DNA from: a virus
Virus record (IMG/VR): IMGVR_UViG_3300045988_095784
Strand: one strand, 5' to 3'
DNA: 16,727 bases
Shown here: piece by piece, positions 1-5,985 of the stretch
How positions within the stretch are numbered: position 1 is the stretch's first letter
Layout of the letters: each line of letters opens with the position of its first letter
Position numbers and translations under genes: made by a program
Notes under the pieces: generated by a model
Seen by the model: the letters and a program-made list of their open reading frames with translations, nothing else
Database searches by the model: none
What the model was told of the DNA's origin: nothing

Positions 1-96
1 CCCTGGGTACTCACTTTGGTTTTTTGGTGCATACCCCGTACCGCCATGCGGTACAAGGTTGACACTGCGCAGTGGTAAAGTGGTGACGCGTTGCAG
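1..96. repeat. Left inverted terminal repeat (96 bp perfect; degenerate homology to about 119)
   Basis: Bases 1-96 are the exact reverse complement of 16632-16727. There is a mismatch at 97/16631. GGTACA (98-103) and ACGTTAGC (112-119) are still shared beyond that, with an 8-nt left-specific insertion at 104-111. The genome starts 5'-CCC. GC is about 55% by my count (53/96), in a visibly AT-rich genome. The ITR contains the hairpin GTACCGC-CAT-GCGGTAC (38-54) and the 12-bp palindrome CACTGCGCAGTG (63-74). Confidence 0.95.
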
Positions 97-291
97 TGGT
101 ACAGTGTCAGCACGTTAGCGTGGTACCGTGAGTGCGCGAAGTTAGTTGTGTCTAACTTAGTACCATAGTACTATATAAAATGTTCACAATTTATTTACAA
201 TTTGGTCATACGCTGTTCATAACTGACCTATATAATGTACTTAAAGATAAAGGAAAGGGGTACTCAAAAGAGAGTGCTAAAGGTGTATAGT

Positions 292-606
292 ATGAAGCAA
301 TATATTGAATTGAATAATAGGACTTTTGAAGTGAAAAAGTTAAAGGGTGAAGTGCACCCTTTGGAATATAGGACTTTGGATGATTGCTATGCCAAGCCTA
401 GTTCATTAAAGAGGGCTATATATGACGATTGGAATAAATGGCTTGTAGAACTTGCGAATTGTGGTCAATCTGGCTATGGCTTATTCACAGTATTGTGTTA
501 TAATAGTATGATGTTTACTTTGGGCGCAGAGGTATACAATAAGGTAGGCGAATTAATCGGCTATTTATACATCACTAAAACGAGACAAGAGTTTTGGACT
601 ATCTAG
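292..606 (+). CDS. Hypothetical early protein (104 aa)
   Basis: The ORF track gives 235..606. I prefer ATG 292, which has AAAGGTG 6 nt upstream. ATG 235 overlaps a TATAAT box (231-236) and has no SD. I recognise no motif. Confidence 0.6.
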   Translation: MKQYIELNNRTFEVKKLKGEVHPLEYRTLDDCYAKPSSLKRAIYDDWNKWLVELANCGQSGYGLFTVLCYNSMMFTLGAEVYNKVGELIGYLYITKTRQEFWTI

Positions 607-613
607 TATAGCC

Positions 614-661
614 GAGTCGGTGCAACTCCGACTCTCTTGTAGCACTGATAGTAATATCAGT
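614..661 (+). other. Two consecutive intergenic stem-loops
   Basis: The first is GAGTCGG-TGCAACT-CCGACTC (614-634; 7-bp stem, 7-nt loop). The second is ACTGATA-GTAA-TATCAGT (644-661; 7-bp stem, 4-nt loop). Both lie directly after the stop at 604-606. Neither has a clear U-tract. Confidence 0.6.
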
Positions 662-705
662 AAGTAACAATCAAACAAATACAAAAAGAAATGGAGACAA
701 ACAAT

Positions 706-987
706 ATGAAGAAGGAAAAAATGATAACACGTACAATTGTAACAACAAATACGGAGATTATGGCTTTTAATCTCGATACAAACGAGGTTATAACGCTTAA
801 CGAGTCCTATATCGGCGACTTGAGCGATAAGGAAATTGAAAAGCAGTTTTCTGTTGATTATAACAATAGTGCGAAATTTTTGAAACTTGTAAACGCTGAG
901 AAAACAAGTAAATTATACGGCATTACTGAAAAGGTTTTTCTACAGTACGCTGTAGAACTTGACGAAAATAGAAAAGAGGTGAAATAA
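706..987 (+). CDS. p6-like histone-like dsDNA-binding protein, distal paralogue (93 aa)
   Basis: The ORF track gives 691..987. ATG 706 follows GGAGA (693-697) and gives MKKEKMITRTIV, parallel to MRKPMVTRTII of ORF 2750..3058. Both ORFs share the (I/V)TRTI strand, LYG(I/M)xExxF(L/I) and a charged tail. That is the layout I recall for phi29 p6 (REITKTTV ... VYELPVEKFLEVA ... acidic tail). Confidence 0.45.
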   Translation: MKKEKMITRTIVTTNTEIMAFNLDTNEVITLNESYIGDLSDKEIEKQFSVDYNNSAKFLKLVNAEKTSKLYGITEKVFLQYAVELDENRKEVK

Positions 988-988
988 T

Positions 989-1195
989 ATGACATTACAG
1001 CAATTAGCATTGGTTATTAAGGATATTAATGATATTATATTAATAAACGTCAATGAGACTGAAGTTTTTGCAATAGATAGTGGTCATGCAGAAAAATTTA
1101 GGCATAATAGCTACGCTAATTATGAAGTAGTGAACGTTGATTGTATTAACGCGTGTACTATGGTAATAGCAGTAGATAAAAAAGAGGTGAAATAA
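989..1195 (+). CDS. Hypothetical small early protein (68 aa), member 1 of a look-alike trio
   Basis: ATG 989 lies 1 nt after the preceding stop. It is preceded by AAAAGAGGTGAAATAAT, the 20-nt junction 972-991 that is identical to 1180-1199. Confidence 0.75.
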   Translation: MTLQQLALVIKDINDIILINVNETEVFAIDSGHAEKFRHNSYANYEVVNVDCINACTMVIAVDKKEVK

Positions 1196-1196
1196 T

Positions 1197-1391
1197 ATGC
1201 TATTGGAAAATTTATATAGAGTGTTATACGAAAATCAGCGAGTAACATTGCAAGATATAAGAGAGCAAAAAACATTATGGCACGGCTTAGTTAGAAATAT
1301 TCCAGTAGAATATTTAAGTTGGACAGTAGCGGGTGTTATATCTTGTGCAATTAATTTAAATGCTTCGGAAATTAGAATAGATTTAATTTAG
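1197..1391 (+). CDS. Hypothetical small early protein (64 aa), member 2 of trio
   Basis: It has the same 20-nt SD/stop/start junction as the previous gene and is tightly packed against it. Confidence 0.75.
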   Translation: MLLENLYRVLYENQRVTLQDIREQKTLWHGLVRNIPVEYLSWTVAGVISCAINLNASEIRIDLI

Positions 1392-1435
1392 CCTAAGTGC
1401 AAAGCACACAGCGTGGTGCAAGTCCACGCGTAGGC
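1391..1435 (+). other. Y-shaped (three-way) stem-loop element
   Basis: The outer stem is GCCTA (1391-1395) with TAGGC (1431-1435). Inner hairpin 1 is GTGC-AAA-GCAC (1397-1407). Inner hairpin 2 is GCGTGG-TGCAAGT-CCACGC (1411-1429). TTT follows. The element is locally GC-rich. Confidence 0.6.
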
Positions 1436-1476
1436 TTTACAATTGAATAGAGTAAACAATGAAAAGAGGTGAAAAA

Positions 1477-1677
1477 ATGACAAACAATATAAAACTCGGC
1501 ACGTTAGTCAAATTGAGTGTAACCACTAGTTTTTGGTTGCACGACATCCAATATGATATTGACGAGTTCTACACACGCTCTCAAATATTGGAAAACAAGC
1601 AATTATCACGTATGAAAGTGATAAGTTTTAAAGCATTGTCAGGAAAAGAAATGATTTACGTTAAAGTAGAAGAGTAG
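1477..1677 (+). CDS. Hypothetical small early protein (66 aa), member 3 of trio
   Basis: The ORF track gives 1459..1677. ATG 1477 sits 4 nt after AAGAGGTGA, whereas ATG 1459 has no SD. Confidence 0.7.
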   Translation: MTNNIKLGTLVKLSVTTSFWLHDIQYDIDEFYTRSQILENKQLSRMKVISFKALSGKEMIYVKVEE

Positions 1678-1692
1678 AAAAGAGGTATAAAA

Positions 1693-1989
1693 ATGTTATT
1701 CAAAAATAGAAAAATGTCGCAGACAGAAATTGACGAAATATATGAGGATTTTGTCATAGAAATAGCTACAAAAGTATCTAAAAAGGTAAAAGGAAAAGTT
1801 TTCTATGGTTATGCTAGCATAGAAGATATGTGGTACATCATAATCAAATCTAGAGAGTTAGGTGAAAAAAGGTTTTTTCTTGACACGCTTGACTACGATA
1901 TGCTAACTGGTGTATCATCAAAGGAAATATCAGATAATATAGTTAAGTTTTATAAAGGATTAATAGAGAAGAGGTTTTTTATAATATGA
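1693..1989 (+). CDS. Hypothetical protein (98 aa)
   Basis: AAGAGGT lies 7 nt upstream of the ATG. The ORF sits in the same-strand, tightly packed operon. Confidence 0.75.
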   Translation: MLFKNRKMSQTEIDEIYEDFVIEIATKVSKKVKGKVFYGYASIEDMWYIIIKSRELGEKRFFLDTLDYDMLTGVSSKEISDNIVKFYKGLIEKRFFII

Positions 1990-2234
1990 CAAATAAAAGA
2001 AAACATAAATTAGAGCGAATAATTCGCCAGGAATATAGTCAATTTGAAAACATGTTAATTGGTAAAAATAATAGTATGAGAATAATAACACAGTTATTTA
2101 ATTTAATAAAGTATAAAATAGAATTTTTATATTTTACAAAAAGAATAGATTATGAAGAAAAAGTATTTATGAAAAAATGTAATTTATTATATATGTATTA
2201 TTATCATAATATGGTACAACATATTTATAAATAA
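1986..2234 (+). CDS. Hypothetical protein (82 aa), very AT-rich
   Basis: It is coupled to the preceding ORF by an ATGA start/stop overlap. It has no SD of its own and no recognisable motif. Confidence 0.55.
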   Translation: MTNKRKHKLERIIRQEYSQFENMLIGKNNSMRIITQLFNLIKYKIEFLYFTKRIDYEEKVFMKKCNLLYMYYYHNMVQHIYK

Positions 2235-2244
2235 TTTGTACAAG

Positions 2245-2263
2245 TTTTCGTAAATTTTCGTAA
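2245..2263. repeat. Direct repeat TTTTCGTAA x2 with 10-bp period
   Basis: TTTTCGTAA occurs at 2245-2253 and at 2255-2263. The repeats lie in a 227-bp non-coding gap upstream of a promoter-like sequence. Confidence 0.6.
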
Positions 2264-2321
2264 TTGCAGAAATCTAAATATGGAAAAGTTCATAAAATGT
2301 TCATATTTTAGACATACTGCA

Positions 2322-2349
2322 TTTACATCACTACTGTACTATATAATAT
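2322..2349 (+). promoter_or_regulatory. Candidate sigma-A type promoter
   Basis: TTTACA (2322-2327), a 16-nt spacer, then TAATAT (2344-2349), within CTATATAATATG. The fit is imperfect and alternative registers exist. Confidence 0.3.
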
Positions 2350-2399
2350 GTAAAGAGGTATTACATCTCTTACGATTACGTTTTACTCTATTGGCATAC

Positions 2400-2438
2400 C
2401 TGCACTAGTGCTAGACAATACGACATTCACTAGTGCAG
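2400..2438 (+). promoter_or_regulatory. Perfect 11-bp inverted repeat, equivalently two copies of the palindrome CACTAGTG
   Basis: CTGCACTAGTG (2400-2410) and CACTAGTGCAG (2428-2438) are separated by a 17-nt loop. Each arm is itself palindromic (CACTAGTG at 2403-2410 and 2428-2435, centres 25 bp apart). The element lies between the candidate promoter and the SD of ORF 2462. Confidence 0.7.
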
Positions 2439-2461
2439 ACTCCTCAAAAGGTGGTGAACAC

Positions 2462-2632
2462 ATGATAGAAACGTTATATGCACAACTCATAACAGACCCT
2501 AACACTATAAAGGTCTTGTGCAGAACAGATAAACGTAATGTAACAACAGAAACGATATATCGAGACGATTGCAAAATTATAATTCGCCATAAAGCAGACG
2601 ATTTTCTTTCCTGTTTAATAGTCAAGAGATAG
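2462..2632 (+). CDS. Hypothetical small protein (56 aa)
   Basis: The ORF track gives 2408..2632 from a GTG inside the palindrome. ATG 2462 is preceded by AAAGGTGGTGA at 4-nt spacing. There is no motif. The region is GC-enriched, so a non-coding RNA is an alternative. Confidence 0.5.
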   Translation: MIETLYAQLITDPNTIKVLCRTDKRNVTTETIYRDDCKIIIRHKADDFLSCLIVKR

Positions 2633-2749
2633 AAAAAAGCTATCATCAAATAGATTGCAAAGCAAACTTGACTACTACACCTATTGGTGTTACAACTTTA
2701 TTACATTTAACTTTACAAATTCATAGCACAAAGAAAAGGAGAAAAAACT

Positions 2750-3058
2750 ATGAGAAAACCAATGGTCACACGTACAATTATTTCAACATCTGTCACAGCT
2801 TTATGCGTAAATTCACAGACAGCAGAGACATTCGAGCAGGAGTTTACACTTAGTGGTAAAATACTCGAAAAAGACAAGGCTTTAAAGAAAGTATCAAAGC
2901 TCTATAACACAGAGGATTGCACTATCGTTGCAATTCGTGAACTTAAAGAAGTCAATGAATTATACGGAATGTATGAAGCAGACTTTATCAAAGGTGCAAA
3001 GATACTCGACCCTGCTACACGTAAAGAGATTGAGACAGAGCAGACAGATGTAGAATAA
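2750..3058 (+). CDS. p6-like histone-like dsDNA-binding protein (102 aa)
   Basis: AAAAGGAGAA SD. The layout is MVTRTII, then LSGKILEKDKALKKVSKLY, then ELYGMYEADFIKGA, then the acidic tail ETEQTDVE. This parallels my recollection of phi29 p6. It sits immediately upstream of the SSB-like, TP-like and DNAP genes, as gene 6 does in phi29. Confidence 0.55.
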   Translation: MRKPMVTRTIISTSVTALCVNSQTAETFEQEFTLSGKILEKDKALKKVSKLYNTEDCTIVAIRELKEVNELYGMYEADFIKGAKILDPATRKEIETEQTDVE

Positions 3059-3080
3059 AAAGAAAAGGAGATAAACAATT

Positions 3081-3437
3081 ATGGCAATTACAATTAACAC
3101 ACAGTCAAGAGATTTTACAGAGGTAGAACAGTATTTAATGACATTAGATAGAGGTATTCAGTCATTAAAGAATGTAGAGAACGACACAAGTATTCCAGTG
3201 GCAGGCTATCTTACATTCACAGACGAAAAAGAGAACGGAGATAGTGTTGATATTTTATCAATTATTACTCCAGACAATGAAGTATTCTCTTGTCAGTCAG
3301 CTACTTTCAAGCGTAGCTTTGATAATATTACTAACATCATGCACGGCAAGCAGTTTAGTATCATTAAAGTTAGTGGTACAACAAAGGCAGGCAGACCTTA
3401 TATTGACTGTGCACTTGATGTGAAATCAGTAAAATAA
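3081..3437 (+). CDS. p5-like single-stranded DNA-binding protein (118 aa)
   Basis: AAAAGGAGA SD. The size matches (phi29 p5 is about 124 aa). The C-terminal FSIIKVSGTTKAGRPYIDCAL resembles the recalled phi29 p5 FKVKVVQGTSSKGNVFFSLQL. Its position between the p6-like and TP-like genes also fits. Confidence 0.55.
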   Translation: MAITINTQSRDFTEVEQYLMTLDRGIQSLKNVENDTSIPVAGYLTFTDEKENGDSVDILSIITPDNEVFSCQSATFKRSFDNITNIMHGKQFSIIKVSGTTKAGRPYIDCALDVKSVK

Positions 3438-3453
3438 AATTTTATCTTTCTGC

Positions 3454-3483
3454 TGACCCTTGCTATTATGTTAGCAGGGGTCA
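3454..3483 (+). terminator. Stem-loop, possible partial terminator
   Basis: TGACCCTTGCTA (3454-3465), loop TTATGT, then TAGCAGGGGTCA (3472-3483). The stem is 12 bp with one G.U pair. It is followed by TATTAATTT, which is only a weak U-tract. Confidence 0.5.
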
Positions 3484-3509
3484 TATTAATTTAGGGAGGA
3501 GAAAAAAGT

Positions 3510-4034
3510 ATGGCAAAGAAACGATTTACAAAAAATCAAAAAGCATTACATGATTTAATGCAAGAATATGCTGATAAAGGTGTCGATGTTTCGTACATTG
3601 ATATTCCTAAAACTATAACACAAAAGTTTTTAAAAGAAACAAGAGAAGATTTAGAACAGAGATTTATTGCACACCAACATGATATTGTAGATACTATTAA
3701 AGAAATGTTATATGATTTACCTAATAGTAGATATGTTTATAATCGTTCATATAATAAAATGAATGAAATATCATTGGAAAGCTTTTATTACAAAGCTATA
3801 TCAATGTTACAAGATAATCTGCAGGAGTTTGGAGAAGCATATTATAAACACTTAAAAGACAATGAAAGTAAAATTATAGAAAATTTAGAAGTAATAGCAG
3901 GAGATAGCGAAGATAGTGGGATACGCTCAAATATAGTGCAAGCCTTAGAAATTTTATCTTATAATAATATGTCAAAAGAAATGGAAATTGTCACAAATAA
4001 TTGGTTAGAAACACTTGCTAATTATAATGAATAA
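3510..4034 (+). CDS. Terminal protein (short, 174 aa), primer for DNA replication
   Basis: GGGAGGAG SD. It lies directly upstream of the DNAP and overlaps it by 8 nt. KGVDVSYIDIPK resembles the recalled phi29 p3 KYGVDLTAEIDIPD. GDSEDSGIRSNIVQALEILSY resembles FDSEGNTVENVEGNVYKILSY around the phi29 priming Ser232, which makes Ser133 the candidate here. Confidence 0.6.
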   Translation: MAKKRFTKNQKALHDLMQEYADKGVDVSYIDIPKTITQKFLKETREDLEQRFIAHQHDIVDTIKEMLYDLPNSRYVYNRSYNKMNEISLESFYYKAISMLQDNLQEFGEAYYKHLKDNESKIIENLEVIAGDSEDSGIRSNIVQALEILSYNNMSKEMEIVTNNWLETLANYNE

Positions 4035-5979
4035 GAAACAAAATGTTAGAAGATTTATGTGTGATTTTGAGACTACAGTTTATAAAGGACAAGTATCAAC
4101 AGAAGTTTGGGCAAGTGCAAGCGTTGAGTTTTACACAGAAAATGTAAATATTTTTCATTCAATAGACGAGCAGTTTCAATATTTTAAAGCATTAAATTGT
4201 GATATAGTTGCTTATTATCATAACTTAAAATTTGATGGAAATTTTTGGATGTCATATTTGCTAACAGAATTAAAGTATGAGCAAGCTATCCATTACTTAA
4301 ATGATGAACAGACTCAAGCGGAATTTATTAGAATAAAAGACATGAAAAATAAATCTTTTAGATATACAATTTCTGATATGGGTCAATGGTATACATTAAC
4401 TATTAAAGTTAATAATCACATAATAGAACTAAGAGATAGCTTAAAACTATTACCATTTTCAGTAAAGCAAATAGGAAAATCTTTTAAAACAAAACATCAA
4501 AAATTAGACATGGAATACGTTGGTTATAGATATGCAGGATGTAATATAACTGATGATGAAAAACAATACGTAGCTAATGATGTATTAGTAGTTAAAGAAG
4601 CACTCGAACAGCTATTCAATGACGGGCATGATAAACTTACAATAGGTTCGTGTTGTATGGAAGAATATAAAAAATCTACTGGTGCTTATGATTATGAAGA
4701 TTTATTTCCACCACTTGATGAAGTTGCTATTGATAAAAATATTTATGGTTCGTCAAATGCTGACGAGTATATACGTCATAGTTATAGAGGTGGTTGGTGC
4801 TATTTAGTAAAAGGAAAAGAAAATATAATTAGACATAATGGTGTGACAGCAGATGTGAACTCTTTATATCCTAGTATGATGCACTCTCAAAGTGGTAATT
4901 ATTTTCCAATAGGTAAACCATATTTTTGGAAAGGTAATAAAATACCTGATGAAGCTATAGGTGAAAATAAATATTACTTTTTAAGAATAAAAACACGCTT
5001 TTATATAAAAGAAAATATGTTACCATTTATTCAGATAAAAGGTAATCACTTATATAAAGGCACAGAGTCATTAACGACTAGTGATATATTAAATAAAGAC
5101 GGAACATATAATCGTTACTATAAAGATAAAAATGGGAACATACACGACAGTACAGTAATAATGACAGTAACCATGACAGATTACAAATTAATGTTAAAGC
5201 ACTATGAACTAGTTGACTTTGAAATCTTAGACGGCTGTTGGTTTTATTCTGATATAGGAATTTTTGATAATTACATCAATCATTACGCAGAAATTAAAAT
5301 GAACAGTAAAGGTGCAAAGCGTACAGAAGCAAAATTGTTTCTCAATAACCTTTATGGTAAACTCGCTAGTAGTTCCAATAGCAGTTTTAAGGTTGCATAT
5401 GTAAAAGAGGATGAAAGTATAGGCTTCTATATAGTTCCTGCTAATAATAAAAAGGTGGGGCATATAGCAACAGGTAGTGCAATAACATCCTATGCACGGA
5501 ACTTCACGATAACAGCCGCTCAAAAAAATTACTATGGTGTAGACAAAGCAGGATTTATCTATGCTGACACTGACAGTATACATTGTGACTTGCCTGCTGA
5601 TAAGATAAAAGGCATAACAGTAGACCCTGTGAAGTTTTGCTGTTGGAAGCTTGAGAGTAGTTGGGATACAGCTATATTCACAAGACAGAAAACATACATA
5701 GAACACATAACACATAATGATTTAGTTCCAGTTGATGAACCATACAACGATATTAAATGCGCAGGAATGCCACAGAAATGCAAAGATTTATTTAACAAAT
5801 CAATGCAGGGTTATGAAGCAAAGGAGAGTGATAATTATACGCAAAGTGAATTAAAATTCTTAGAAACAAAAAGAGACTATAGTGATTTTAAAGTTGGCTT
5901 ATGTGTTCCCGGAAAATTACTACCAAAAAGAATAAAAGGTGGTGTGTTATTGGTGGACACAACATATGAAATGAGGTGA
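4027..5979 (+). CDS. Protein-primed family-B DNA polymerase (650 aa)
   Basis: Exonuclease motifs are ExoI DFETT, ExoII HNLKFDGNF and ExoIII YVANDV. Polymerase motifs are motif A DVNSLYPS, motif B KLFLNNLYGK, motif C YADTDS and KxY (QKTYIE). The region between motifs A and B (LPFIQIKGNHLYKGTESL) resembles phi29 TPR1. The ORF track starts at TTG 4015; I prefer ATG 4027. Confidence 0.97.
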   Translation: MNKKQNVRRFMCDFETTVYKGQVSTEVWASASVEFYTENVNIFHSIDEQFQYFKALNCDIVAYYHNLKFDGNFWMSYLLTELKYEQAIHYLNDEQTQAEFIRIKDMKNKSFRYTISDMGQWYTLTIKVNNHIIELRDSLKLLPFSVKQIGKSFKTKHQKLDMEYVGYRYAGCNITDDEKQYVANDVLVVKEALEQLFNDGHDKLTIGSCCMEEYKKSTGAYDYEDLFPPLDEVAIDKNIYGSSNADEYIRHSYRGGWCYLVKGKENIIRHNGVTADVNSLYPSMMHSQSGNYFPIGKPYFWKGNKIPDEAIGENKYYFLRIKTRFYIKENMLPFIQIKGNHLYKGTESLTTSDILNKDGTYNRYYKDKNGNIHDSTVIMTVTMTDYKLMLKHYELVDFEILDGCWFYSDIGIFDNYINHYAEIKMNSKGAKRTEAKLFLNNLYGKLASSSNSSFKVAYVKEDESIGFYIVPANNKKVGHIATGSAITSYARNFTITAAQKNYYGVDKAGFIYADTDSIHCDLPADKIKGITVDPVKFCCWKLESSWDTAIFTRQKTYIEHITHNDLVPVDEPYNDIKCAGMPQKCKDLFNKSMQGYEAKESDNYTQSELKFLETKRDYSDFKVGLCVPGKLLPKRIKGGVLLVDTTYEMR

Positions 5980-5985
5980 AACATT

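Noticed and set aside
1391-1435. tRNA or tRNA fragment suggested by the T-arm-like GGTGCAAGTCC
   Set aside because: The element is only 45 nt and has no anticodon arm, D-arm or acceptor/CCA context. The loop has G where the invariant T-loop U55 would be. I keep it as a T-loop-like hairpin, not a tRNA gene.
160-2350. Duplicated promoter: ATAAAATGTTCA / ATTTACA / CTATATAAT motifs occur in the same order at 175-237 and 2292-2347
   Set aside because: The spacings between the three blocks differ greatly (6 and 31 nt against 17 and 14 nt). They therefore cannot be the same promoter architecture, and short AT-rich matches are expected by chance. I keep only a low-confidence promoter call at 2322-2349.
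2383-2853. ORFs 2383..2649 (-) and 2668..2853 (+)
   Set aside because: The minus-strand ORF is antisense to the SD-led ORF 2462..2632 and has no SD. ORF 2668..2853 starts at a non-ATG codon in the non-coding gap and overlaps the well-supported p6-like gene (2750..3058) in another frame.
5227-5798. Minus-strand ORFs 5227..5715 (162 aa) and 5559..5798 (79 aa) inside the polymerase gene
   Set aside because: They are fully antisense to a DNAP gene that carries all catalytic motifs. They have no SD, and their Cys/Phe/Tyr-rich composition is typical of antisense reading of AT-rich coding DNA.
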